This document shows, one piece after another, positions 7,102 through 15,811 of a DNA stretch of 24,211 nt; the first letter of the stretch is position 1; each line of letters begins with the position of its first letter. Source of the stretch: a virus (lineage: Duplodnaviria > Caudoviricetes); IMG/VR virus record IMGVR_UViG_3300037424_000051, positions 1-24,211 of that record. One strand, written 5' to 3'. Below the pieces are notes generated by a model, which had not been told where the DNA came from, did not search any database, and was given only the letters and a program-made list of their open reading frames with translations. The position numbers and the translations under genes were made by a program.

Positions 7102-8388
7102 ATGAGCATGAAACGACTCTACGCAGAAATCGCCAAGACCGAGGCCCAGGAAGACGGCACGATCAAGGTCTACGGCTACGCCAGCAGCGGCGCCGAGGAC
7201 AGCGACGGCGAAACCATCACCTCCGATGCGATGAAGACCGCCCTGCCCGATTACATGAAGTTCGGCGCCGTGCGCGAGATGCACGACGCCAAGAAGGCCG
7301 CGGGCACAGCGATCGAGGCCGAGGTGCAGGATGACGGCCGCACGTGGTTCGGCGCCCATGTCGTCGATCCTGTCGCGGTGAAGAAGGTCGAAACCGGCGT
7401 CTACAAAGGCTTCAGCATCGGCGGCAAAGTAACCAGCCGAGACGACCTGAACAAGAAGCTCATCAAGAGCATCAAGCTGGTCGAGGTTTCGCTCGTGGAT
7501 CGCCCGGCCAACCCGGAGGCGGTGTTCACCATGTTCAAGGCTGAGACGGTCGACGACCAGCCCGGCGATGAAGGCGAGCGCGCCGAGAAGAACGACGACC
7601 CGGCCGGCGGCGAGGATCTACAGAAGGGCATGTACGGCGTGGCCCGCCTCGCTGATATGCTCGAATCCATCGCCTGGATGGCTCGCGGCGCAGAAGACGA
7701 AGCCGTCTTCGAAGGCGACAACAGCCCGATTCCCGCGCAGCTGCGCGACTGGTTGAAACAGGGAGCCGTGATCTTCACCGGCATGGCCACCGAGGAGGTG
7801 AACGAGCTGGTCGCCATGAGCGATGCGAAGAAGGCCGAAACGGCAGACGCGCTACAGAAGGCCGGCGCCCGCTTCTCCAAAGCCACCAAGGCAGCGCTGG
7901 GCGACCTGCACAAGATGGTCAGGGCCGCCGACGAGCACCTCGGGAAAATGGGCTACGCCGAGGCCGAAGAAGCCGAGGACGAGACCAAGGCCGAAACCCT
8001 CTCCGACGAAGATGCGCTGCAGAAAGCATGCGTCGCGATCGGCTGCCCCGAAGACACCCCGGCCGCCGACTGGCTCGCCAAGGTAACGGGCGAGCTGAAC
8101 GAGCTGCGCGAGGTTGCCAAGGCAGCGGACATCGAGGGCGATACCCCTGCCGCACTGGTCGAAACCCTGACCAAGCGCCTCAAGGACCAGAGCGAAGAGA
8201 TCGCCAAACTCAGAGACCAACCCGCCCCGCCCAAAGGCTACGCCAACGGCGTCGCGCTCAGCAAGGCCGATGACCGCGCCGGCGGCGACGCCAAGGAAGT
8301 CGCGCCGGTGACCACCAGCAACGGCGAGGAAAACGAAGTGGCAACGCTGATCAAGGCTGCACAAACCAGCCCGATCCGTATTGCCTGA
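7102..8388 (+). CDS. Prohead protease with C-terminal scaffolding region
   Basis: GGAGA RBS at 7089-7093, ATG at 7102; VYGYAS, VREMH (His), YKGFSIGG (Ser), EVSLVDRPANPEA motifs of HK97/XkdF-type proteases; acidic coiled-coil C-terminal half. Confidence 0.88.
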   Translation: MSMKRLYAEIAKTEAQEDGTIKVYGYASSGAEDSDGETITSDAMKTALPDYMKFGAVREMHDAKKAAGTAIEAEVQDDGRTWFGAHVVDPVAVKKVETGVYKGFSIGGKVTSRDDLNKKLIKSIKLVEVSLVDRPANPEAVFTMFKAETVDDQPGDEGERAEKNDDPAGGEDLQKGMYGVARLADMLESIAWMARGAEDEAVFEGDNSPIPAQLRDWLKQGAVIFTGMATEEVNELVAMSDAKKAETADALQKAGARFSKATKAALGDLHKMVRAADEHLGKMGYAEAEEAEDETKAETLSDEDALQKACVAIGCPEDTPAADWLAKVTGELNELREVAKAADIEGDTPAALVETLTKRLKDQSEEIAKLRDQPAPPKGYANGVALSKADDRAGGDAKEVAPVTTSNGEENEVATLIKAAQTSPIRIA

Positions 8389-8393
8389 CAGAT

Positions 8394-8431
8394 CACCCAC
8401 TGGGTGTAAAACCGCCGGGGGTGTTCCCGGC
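8394..8431 (+). promoter_or_regulatory. Palindrome plus hairpin upstream of the capsid RBS
   Basis: CACCCA-C-TGGGTG (8394-8406) and GCCGGG-ggtgtt-CCCGGC (8414-8431), followed by AAAGGAG RBS. Confidence 0.45.
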
Positions 8432-8455
8432 AAGCTTGACTAAAGGAGACGCGCC

Positions 8456-9973
8456 ATGGGTGCTATCAATAGTGACGAACTGCTTGCGCTGGTCAAGACC
8501 GCGCAGGCAAAAGCGGTCGATGAACTGACCAAGAATTTCAGCCAGCCGGGCTCGGCGACTGCAGGCATTCAGGGTTACGACCTGGAAGCCCCGTCGAAAA
8601 AGCTCTATCCCGTCCTCTGCCCCCTGCGCAACAGCATCGCGCGCGTCGGCGGCGGCTTCGCCATCCAGGCCAACTGGAAAGCGATCACCGGCATCAACAC
8701 CACCCGCGTGCGTGCCGGCGTGAGCGAAGGCCAGCGCGGCGGGCAGGTTCAGCACACCTCCGCCGAGTACTTCGCCGCCTACCGCGGCATCGGTCTGGAA
8801 AAGGCCGTGACGTTCGAGGCCGACTACGCCGCCAAGGGCTTCGAAGATGTGAAGGCGCTGGCGGTACAGCAGACCCTGGAATCGCTGATGATCGAGGAGG
8901 AAATGATCCTGCTCGGTGGCAACACCTCGAACGCTCTGGGTACGACCCCCACCCCGACGCTGGCGGCTTCCGCCTCCGGCGGCTTGCTGGCAACGCAGAC
9001 GCTTTCCGTCATCTGCGTGGCACTTGGCCTGCAGTCGTATTGGGACGTCGCCGGTATCAACAACGGCCAGACTGGCGGCTCGTTCAACGCTGCCACGGCT
9101 CAGGTGAAGTCCTCCATCACCCGCACCAACGCCGACGGCTCGACCGACACCTTCGGCGCTGGCACCGCGCAAAAATCCGCCGCCGCCACGGTGGCTGTGA
9201 CCGGACCGACCGGTTCCGTCGCTGCCTCGGTGACGCCGGTTCGTGGCGCGGTTGCCTACGCCTGGTATTGGGGCGCGGCCGGCTCCGAGCGCCTCGGTGC
9301 GGTCACCACCATTAACAGCGCGTCGATCACCGCCGCTGCTGACGGTGCCGCACAGCTTGCCTCGGCGCTGCCGTCCGCTGACAACTCGACCAGCGCGCTG
9401 GAGTTCGATGGTCTCCTGACCATTGCCAGCAAGTCTGCCCTGGGCTCCTACTTCAACGCGCTGGCCACCGGCACGCCCGGTACCGGCACCTCGTTGACGG
9501 GCGCAGGCGGGCGTGTGGTCGAGATCGATACCGGTCTCGCCGCGTTCTACGACAAGTACCGCCTGCAACCGGACAAGATTTACGTGAACTTCCGGCAGTT
9601 CCAGAAGATCACCAATCTGGTGCTGGGGCAGACCAATCCGCAGGTGATGTTCACGGTCGATGTGAACAGCCCGAAAGAGCTGGTCGCTGGTCGCAACGTC
9701 GGCAAGTACCTGTCGCCGATCACTGGCGAGGTGATTGACCTGGTGGTGCATCCGAACCTGCCGCCCGGCACGATCATGTTCCGCACCACCCGCGTCCCGT
9801 CGTATCTGGATGGCGTGTCGGATCTGTGCCGTGTGCGCACCCGCCGCGAGTATCACCAGATCGAGTGGCCGCTGCGCACTCGCAAGTACGAGTACGGCGT
9901 CTATGCCGACGAGGTGCTGCAGCACTACTTTCCGCCGAGCCTCGGTCTCATCACCAACGTCGCCAACGGCTAA
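8456..9973 (+). CDS. Major capsid protein with a large beta-rich internal insertion
   Basis: Follows protease/scaffold; strong RBS and downstream terminator; YDLEAPSKKLYPV..PLRNSIARV, EEEMILLGGN, FDGLL, VHPNLPPGTI segments consistent with an HK97-fold capsid protein. Confidence 0.82.
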   Translation: MGAINSDELLALVKTAQAKAVDELTKNFSQPGSATAGIQGYDLEAPSKKLYPVLCPLRNSIARVGGGFAIQANWKAITGINTTRVRAGVSEGQRGGQVQHTSAEYFAAYRGIGLEKAVTFEADYAAKGFEDVKALAVQQTLESLMIEEEMILLGGNTSNALGTTPTPTLAASASGGLLATQTLSVICVALGLQSYWDVAGINNGQTGGSFNAATAQVKSSITRTNADGSTDTFGAGTAQKSAAATVAVTGPTGSVAASVTPVRGAVAYAWYWGAAGSERLGAVTTINSASITAAADGAAQLASALPSADNSTSALEFDGLLTIASKSALGSYFNALATGTPGTGTSLTGAGGRVVEIDTGLAAFYDKYRLQPDKIYVNFRQFQKITNLVLGQTNPQVMFTVDVNSPKELVAGRNVGKYLSPITGEVIDLVVHPNLPPGTIMFRTTRVPSYLDGVSDLCRVRTRREYHQIEWPLRTRKYEYGVYADEVLQHYFPPSLGLITNVANG

Positions 9974-9988
9974 TCGAAGGCACACATC

Positions 9989-10018
9989 AAGCCCCGCTCC
10001 GGCGGGGCTTTTTCATTT
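9989..10018 (+). terminator. Rho-independent terminator after major capsid gene
   Basis: AAGCCCCGC-tccg-GCGGGGCTT followed by TTTCATTT. Confidence 0.85.
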
Positions 10019-10033
10019 CTCAAGGAGATTCAC

Positions 10034-10345
10034 ATGAGTGAAAAAATCAAGCTGGTTCCGCCCGAAGGCGTGACAAGCGCATCGTTCGACGGCGTCGAAT
10101 ACCCGGTCGACGATGACGGCATTTGCGAAGTTCCGGCCGCTGCCGCGCTGACCCTGTATGGCTTCGGTTTCGGCAACGCCCCCGCAGCCCCGGCCGGACC
10201 CTCCAAGCCCGAGACTGCCGCCCAGAAGAAGGCGCGCGAGAAGGCCGAAGCGGAAGCCGCTGCCGCTGCTGAAGCCGAGGCCAAGGCCAAGGAAGGTGCT
10301 GGCGACGGCAACGCCCCCGCAGCGCCGGCCGCTGACAGCCAGTAA
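10034..10345 (+). CDS. Hypothetical protein (head-tail region), Ala/Glu/Lys-rich C-terminus
   Basis: AAGGAG RBS; short beta-rich N-terminus then low-complexity tail; position after capsid gene. Confidence 0.75.
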   Translation: MSEKIKLVPPEGVTSASFDGVEYPVDDDGICEVPAAAALTLYGFGFGNAPAAPAGPSKPETAAQKKAREKAEAEAAAAAEAEAKAKEGAGDGNAPAAPAADSQ

Positions 10346-10351
10346 TCCAGC

Positions 10352-10894
10352 ATGGCGCTCACCACCACCGCCGCGGTAAAGGTCTACAAGCCCATCACCG
10401 GCACCGAGCTCGACGCACTGATCGACGCGCTCGTCCCGCGCGCCAGTTCGGCAATCGAGACGTACCTGTCGCGCAAGATCGAAAGCACGGCACACGTCGA
10501 GATCCGCGACGGCAACGGTGGGCGCTCGCTGATGCTGGCGCAATACCCGGTAACGGCCGTGTCTGCGGTCTCCGTTGACGGGCAGCCCATCCCCCAGGGT
10601 GGCTTCGGCGTTGCCGGATGGCGTCTGGCAAACCGCTCGCTGGTGCTGGATGGCTACAGCTTCGCGCGCGGCGACGCGAACGTGCAGATCGAATACACCG
10701 CCGGATATGCAACCGTTCCACCAGACATCGAGCAGGCCTGCATCGAGACCATCCTGCTGGCGCTGGAGCGCCGGTCGCACATCGACGTGTCGAGCAAGAG
10801 CCTGGCCGGCGAGACGGTGAGTTTCATCACCGCCGATCTGCCGCCCTCTGCCCGCAAGGCGCTCGACCCCCACCGCCGCGTCGCTCCGCTATGA
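10352..10894 (+). CDS. Head-tail connector (adaptor, HK97 gp6-like)
   Basis: MALTTTAAVK, ASSAIETYLSR, IEYTAGY..VPPDIEQAC, ARKALDPHRR pattern typical of adaptor proteins. Confidence 0.8.
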   Translation: MALTTTAAVKVYKPITGTELDALIDALVPRASSAIETYLSRKIESTAHVEIRDGNGGRSLMLAQYPVTAVSAVSVDGQPIPQGGFGVAGWRLANRSLVLDGYSFARGDANVQIEYTAGYATVPPDIEQACIETILLALERRSHIDVSSKSLAGETVSFITADLPPSARKALDPHRRVAPL

Positions 10895-11391
10895 GCATCA
10901 CCGGAGAAATCAAAGGCGACCGCGAGGTCGTCGCCGATCTGCGCCGCTTCGACGCAGCTGCACGCGGGGAAATCCAGAAGGGTATCGGCCGCATCACCCT
11001 CAAGCTACTGGTACGCGTCAAGGCCCAGAAGCTCAGCGGGCAGGCGCTCAACGTTCGCACCGGGCGCCTGCGCCGGTCGATCACCCAGCGCATCGAGAGC
11101 GGAGCCGATGAGATCAGCGGCATCGTTGGCACGAACGTCGATTATGCGGCTGCGCACGAATACGGCTTCAAGGGTGCGGTCACGGTCAAGCAACACCTCC
11201 GCCTGGTCAAGCAGGCGTTCGGTCGGCCGCTGAAGTCGCCGGTCTGGTCGACGGTCGGCACCCACACGAAAAACGTAAGCCTGCCGGAGCGATCGTTCCT
11301 GCGCTCAGCCCTGGCTGACATGAAAAACGCCGGGATCATCGAGGCCGAAATCGACGCCTCCATTGCCCGCGCGATCGAGGTGGCGCGATGA
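10891..11391 (+). CDS. HK97 gp10-like neck/tail completion protein
   Basis: ATGA overlap at 10891; VRTGRLRRSI, VGTNVDYAAAHEYG, PERSFLRSAL motifs. Confidence 0.82.
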   Translation: MSITGEIKGDREVVADLRRFDAAARGEIQKGIGRITLKLLVRVKAQKLSGQALNVRTGRLRRSITQRIESGADEISGIVGTNVDYAAAHEYGFKGAVTVKQHLRLVKQAFGRPLKSPVWSTVGTHTKNVSLPERSFLRSALADMKNAGIIEAEIDASIARAIEVAR

Positions 11392-11810
11392 ACCGCGAGC
11401 CGATCTATTCAGCGCTGTTCACGCGGCTCTCTGGCATTGCCGGGCTGAAAACCAAGTCCCGCATCCTGAAGCACTGGAACGACGTGCCGCTCGAACAGCG
11501 CCCGGCACTGTTCATGTCGCAGTCCGCAGAGACGCCGCAGACCAAGACCGGCGAGGCGACCAAATGGCTGCTGTCGGTCGACGTGTACGTGTATGTGGCG
11601 ACTGACGGCACGAATCCGCCCGGCACCGTGCTGAACCCGATCCTCGACGCAATCGAGGCGATTTTCCCGCTTCACCCGATCACAGGGAAACACACCCTCG
11701 ACGCACCGGGCGTCGAGTGGGCACGTATCGAAGGAACGATCCAGACAGACGAAGGAACCCTCGGCAACCAGGCCGTGGCCATCGTCCCCATTCAGATTTT
11801 GGCAACCTGA
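11388..11810 (+). CDS. Putative tail terminator protein
   Basis: ATGA overlap; 140 aa immediately before the tail tube gene; REPIYSALF..L N-terminus as in tail terminators. Confidence 0.65.
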   Translation: MNREPIYSALFTRLSGIAGLKTKSRILKHWNDVPLEQRPALFMSQSAETPQTKTGEATKWLLSVDVYVYVATDGTNPPGTVLNPILDAIEAIFPLHPITGKHTLDAPGVEWARIEGTIQTDEGTLGNQAVAIVPIQILAT

Positions 11811-11826
11811 CCGCAGGCCGCGGTCA
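11808..11826 (+). promoter_or_regulatory. Hairpin upstream of tail tube RBS
   Basis: TGACCGC-aggcc-GCGGTCA with no U-tract, just before AGGAGA. Confidence 0.4.
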
Positions 11827-11843
11827 TCACATAGGAGAGCACC

Positions 11844-12611
11844 ATGCAACTCACATTCGGCTCTGGCGATCTGTTCGCCACTCTGACGCGCGATGCCAGC
11901 GGCAACGCCATCACGACCCCGTCTCCCATCCGCATCGCCGGCCTGCAGGAAATGTCGCTCGACTTCTCGGGGGACCTGAAGGAATTCTTTGGCCAGAACC
12001 GTTTCGCGATCGCCGTCGCCCAGGGTAAGGTCAAAACTGGCGGCAAGTTCAAGGGGGCCCTGATTAACGGCGCCGCGCTGAACACGCTGTTCTTCGGCGC
12101 TGGACTGACCGCCGGCACGATGAAGGCGCTGGTGGCTGATACGACCGGCACCCTGATTCCAGCCACGCCGTTCACGATCACCCCGACGGTACCGAACACC
12201 GGCACATGGGTCGAGGATCTGGGCGTGGTCGATGCCAACGGGAGAAGCATGACCCGCGTGGCGTCCGCGCCGGCCACCGGGCAGTACTCCGTCGCCGCTG
12301 GCGTCTACACCTTTGCCGCAGCCGACACTGGCCAGAAGGTCTACATCTCCTTCTCCTACACGTACACCGACGCAGCGGCGAAGCGCATCCAGTTCCAGAA
12401 CCTGCCGATGGGCTTCGCGCCGTCCATGAAGCTGCACTATCTGGCGTCGTTCCAGGGCAAGCAGTCGCTCGTCGTGCTCGAGTCGGTCATCTCCACCAAG
12501 CTGATGATGTTCGGTACCAAGAACGACGACTTCAGCGTGCCGGAGGTCGACTTCACCGCCCAGGCTGACGCCTCGGGGTTTTCCATTGGCGACATCTACA
12601 CGCGGGAGTAA
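11844..12611 (+). CDS. Major tail tube protein
   Basis: Strong RBS; beta-rich 255 aa; FGSGDLF, LQEMSLDFSGDLKEFFGQ, DDFSVPEVDFTAQAD; position between terminator and chaperone genes. Confidence 0.8.
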   Translation: MQLTFGSGDLFATLTRDASGNAITTPSPIRIAGLQEMSLDFSGDLKEFFGQNRFAIAVAQGKVKTGGKFKGALINGAALNTLFFGAGLTAGTMKALVADTTGTLIPATPFTITPTVPNTGTWVEDLGVVDANGRSMTRVASAPATGQYSVAAGVYTFAAADTGQKVYISFSYTYTDAAAKRIQFQNLPMGFAPSMKLHYLASFQGKQSLVVLESVISTKLMMFGTKNDDFSVPEVDFTAQADASGFSIGDIYTRE

Positions 12612-12614
12612 TCC

Positions 12615-13019
12615 ATGGCACCAGTCGTAAAAGTGAAAGGCATCCCGTACACGTTCAGCGATCGCGTGCTGGTTATTCCGCCGCTGTCGCTTGGCGCGAT
12701 GGAGCAACTGCAGGAGCGGCTGTCCGTGATGAAGGAAGACCTGGCAGACCCCGAGTACATCGGCACCGTCATCGAAACCGTGCACGCTGCCCTGAAGCGC
12801 AACTATCCAGACATGACGCGCGAGGAAGTCGCCGACATGATCGATCTGGCAAACATGCAGGAAGTCATGACGTGCGCGATGGACGTGGCCGGGCTGAAGC
12901 GGAAGGCGCTCGAAGCCGGACAAGGTGACGAGCCGGGGGAGCATTCAGCTGGCCGGAACTCTACGCGCACATCGCGTACCGGACCGGCTGGACGATCCCG
13001 CACATCCGCGAAGAGCTAG
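12615..13019 (+). CDS. Tail assembly chaperone (gpG-like)
   Basis: Small helical acidic protein between tail tube and tape measure genes (ALKRNYPDMTREEVADMIDL); CCG GGG GAG near the end. Confidence 0.8.
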   Translation: MAPVVKVKGIPYTFSDRVLVIPPLSLGAMEQLQERLSVMKEDLADPEYIGTVIETVHAALKRNYPDMTREEVADMIDLANMQEVMTCAMDVAGLKRKALEAGQGDEPGEHSAGRNSTRTSRTGPAGRSRTSAKS

Positions 13020-13234
13020 ACCTCCCGACGCTCACCGCCCTGCGCGAGCAGTGGGAGCAATACCCGCCGCTGCCAGTGATGGTGGCGCATTACCTCGACG
13101 TGGCGAAGCCAAAGACGCCGCAGAGCCGTATCGAACGGCTTGAAGATCAATCATTCGTCCCTGTGAACCACATGCCAGCGCAAGAGTTCGACGCGCTGCT
13201 GGACAGCATGGGGCTGACGACTGGAAAACCATGA
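12938..13234 (+). CDS. gpT-like extension reached by -1 frameshift (join 12615..12938,12938..13234, about 206 aa)
   Basis: -1 frame opens after TGA at 12926-12928 and reads GAFSWPELYAHIAYRTGWTIPHIREELDLPTLTALREQWEQYPPLPVMVAHYL...GKP*, ending in an ATGA overlap with the tape measure start; no early start codon; absent from the ORF track. Confidence 0.8.
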   Translation, partial: GAFSWPELYAHIAYRTGWTIPHIREELDLPTLTALREQWEQYPPLPVMVAHYLDVAKPKTPQSRIERLEDQSFVPVNHMPAQEFDALLDSMGLTTGKP

Positions 13235-15564
13235 GCGATAAAGAGATCGACGTTCGCGTCACAGCGAACACTGCTGACCTCAAGCGCGGCATGTCCGAAG
13301 CGCCAAACACGGTCGAGCAGGCCACTTCGCGCATGCGGGGTTCGTTCCGGAAGATGCAGGACGAGACCCGCTCGACGTTGCAGAACATGCGCAACGACAT
13401 CAGTTCGCAGGTAAGCGGCATGGCTGGGCCGTTTTCCGGGTTGGTCGACGTGCTTGGCACGGTGCGCGGTGGTTTTATCGCCGTAGCCGCCGCAGCGGCA
13501 ACGCTCGCCTTCAGCCGGTCGGTCAACGAAGCCGCCCAGATGACGGAAAGCGCGATGGACCTGTCGCGCTCGATGGGGATCACCACCAACGAGGCCAGCA
13601 TTCTTCAGGCCGCGCTTGAGGATGTTGGCGCATCGCCGGGGGAATTCGAAGGGGCCGCCAAAGGCCTGTCGCGCCAGCTCCGCAGCAATGAGGCGGACAT
13701 GAAGGCGCTGGGACTGGCCACGCGCGACGCCCAGGGAAACCTGCGTCCCATGACCGACCTGGTGCTGGATAGCGTCGGGATCCTCAATCAGTACCGTGAG
13801 GGCGCCGACCGGGCCATTGCTTCGCAGACACTGTTCGGGCGCGGCGTGGATGCCTCGTCCAAACTGCTGCTGCTGAACCGAGACACGCTGGAGGAGAACC
13901 GCGCAGCCGTCGAGGATCTGGGGCTGATGGTCGGTGAGAACGGCGTCGAGGCCTGGAAGGATTACGACGCCGCCACCGACCGCGCTGGGCTCTCGATCAA
14001 GGGCATGGTCAAGGCGGTTGGCCAGAGCCTAATGCCGATCCTGACCGACCTGATCGGCCTGTTCAACTCCATCATGCCGGCGGCAATCGTGGTCGTGCGC
14101 GGCGCGCTCTCCGGGCTGACCGCTGCCTTCCTCGCCGTGAAAAACGGCGTGGTGGTGCTGTGGGAAACCATCAACGCGATGGTGATCACGGTCGCCGAAC
14201 CGATCCGGGCGCTGGCCGAGGCCATTTCACGCGCTGCCGGTGGTGACTTTGCCGGGGCCGCAGAATCAATCAAGGGGATCGGCGGCAACATCGCAGGCGC
14301 ATGGGAACGCGCCATGACGCGCATCGCAGATAGCAGCGCAAAGACCGCGAAGCAGATCAAGGGGCTGTTTGTTCCGGATGCGGCAGCGGCCCAGGGGGGC
14401 AGCAGCGGCGACCTGACTTCACCCGAGGAAAGCGACAAGAAAAAAGGCAAAAAGGAGAAATCCAAAAAAGAGCAGGGGCCGATCGACGTATTCGAGAACG
14501 GATCGTTCATCACCAGCGACAAGGGAACCGTCGATTTCATCAAGAAGCAGTTCGATGCGGTGAACAGCCTGCAGGGTGAAATGGTGCGCGAAGCCGACAA
14601 GGCCGCCAAGGAAATGGCCAAAGCGCAGCAGCGCTCCGCCGAGCAGCGCACCCAGATCGAGTTTCTGTGGTCGCAAAATGCCGCGCTTTCCCAGCTCGCG
14701 GTCGTGGACGCTGCGTCAGCCGCCGCCCAACAGCAGTATGACCTTGGCGTCATCACCTACCAGGAGCTGCTCGCCCAAGAGGAGCAATTCGAGCAGCAGC
14801 GCAACCAGATTCGTCTACAGGCGCTTACCGAGCGCTTGGCGCTGGTCGATCCCGAGCGCGACCCCGTCGCCTATGCGCAGGTGCTGATCACCATCGAAGA
14901 ACTGGAACGTCAGCATCAGGCCCGTATTGGCGAAATCAGAAAGCAGACCGTGCTGGAACAGACCAGCTCCATGGGCGCGGTGATGCAATCCCTTGAGCAG
15001 GGCCTGTTACAACTCGGTAACTCCATGCTGACCAATTGGCGAAACGTCGGAAACGCGCTGCGCTCCGTGCTTGCCAACATCGGACAGTCGATCATTCAAG
15101 AAGTGGTGCTGAAGCCGCTCGCCGCAAAGATCGCCGCATGGGCCAAGGAGCGACTGCTGACGATGGCCGGCATCGGGGCCAAGGCGGCGGAAGCCGGTGC
15201 TGGTGCGGCTTCGTCGCAGGCCAGCATCCCGTGGGTCGGCCCCGTGCTCGCCCTGGCGGCGATGGCTGCCGTGTTCGCCGGTGTTATGGGCATGTCAGGC
15301 AAGGTGCCGAGTGCCGCAAATGGTTTCGACATTCCGCGCGGGATGAATCCGCTCACACAGCTCCACGAGGAGGAGATGGTGCTGCCGGCCAAGTATGCCG
15401 ACGTGATCCGCGGCATGGCGGGCGGCGAGCGCGGCGGCGGCGGTAATCCGGTCAGTCTGACGATGAACATTCAGACCCCCAACGCAGACAGCTTCAGGTC
15501 ATCGGAGGACCAGCTCAACGCGGAGATGCACGCCATATTGAAGGGCCTGAACGTCGGAGTCTGA
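13231..15564 (+). CDS. Tail tape measure protein
   Basis: 777 aa, Ala/Gly-rich helical; N-terminal IDVRVTANTADL; C-terminal SAANGFDIPRGMNPLTQLHEEEMVLP motif typical of siphophage TMPs. Confidence 0.92.
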   Translation: MSDKEIDVRVTANTADLKRGMSEAPNTVEQATSRMRGSFRKMQDETRSTLQNMRNDISSQVSGMAGPFSGLVDVLGTVRGGFIAVAAAAATLAFSRSVNEAAQMTESAMDLSRSMGITTNEASILQAALEDVGASPGEFEGAAKGLSRQLRSNEADMKALGLATRDAQGNLRPMTDLVLDSVGILNQYREGADRAIASQTLFGRGVDASSKLLLLNRDTLEENRAAVEDLGLMVGENGVEAWKDYDAATDRAGLSIKGMVKAVGQSLMPILTDLIGLFNSIMPAAIVVVRGALSGLTAAFLAVKNGVVVLWETINAMVITVAEPIRALAEAISRAAGGDFAGAAESIKGIGGNIAGAWERAMTRIADSSAKTAKQIKGLFVPDAAAAQGGSSGDLTSPEESDKKKGKKEKSKKEQGPIDVFENGSFITSDKGTVDFIKKQFDAVNSLQGEMVREADKAAKEMAKAQQRSAEQRTQIEFLWSQNAALSQLAVVDAASAAAQQQYDLGVITYQELLAQEEQFEQQRNQIRLQALTERLALVDPERDPVAYAQVLITIEELERQHQARIGEIRKQTVLEQTSSMGAVMQSLEQGLLQLGNSMLTNWRNVGNALRSVLANIGQSIIQEVVLKPLAAKIAAWAKERLLTMAGIGAKAAEAGAGAASSQASIPWVGPVLALAAMAAVFAGVMGMSGKVPSAANGFDIPRGMNPLTQLHEEEMVLPAKYADVIRGMAGGERGGGGNPVSLTMNIQTPNADSFRSSEDQLNAEMHAILKGLNVGV

Positions 15565-15565
15565 C

Positions 15566-15811
15566 GTGAAAATCCTCGCTCGCAATCTCGCCGTCACCGG
15601 CACCAGCATCACCGTCACATTCCCTGCCGGCACCTGGTTCGTCGCCGAGCCGGCGGTGCTGGTAACGGTCCTGGGCGCGCCCACCGACGTGGGCGCCACG
15701 CTCAACAGCACGGCCATCGATGGCATCGGCAACGCCTACACCTCGCTGACGCTGACGTTCCAAGCCGGTGCGGTGGGCAAGCGGTTCTCGCTGCTGGTGG
15801 CGGGCGACTGA
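15566..15811 (+). CDS. Small all-beta hypothetical protein, possibly H-type-lectin-like
   Basis: GTG start with GGAG RBS; fills the gap exactly; ITVTFPAGTWFVAEPAVLVTV resembles the VTFP..F...P.V.VT pattern of H-type-lectin-like phage domains. Confidence 0.65.
   Translation: MKILARNLAVTGTSITVTFPAGTWFVAEPAVLVTVLGAPTDVGATLNSTAIDGIGNAYTSLTLTFQAGAVGKRFSLLVAGD

Noticed and set aside
14436-14472. A-rich stretch in the tape measure gene as a second slippage site
   Set aside because: Runs are at most 6 A, encode an ordinary Lys-rich linker, and the frame continues to a typical TMP C-terminus.
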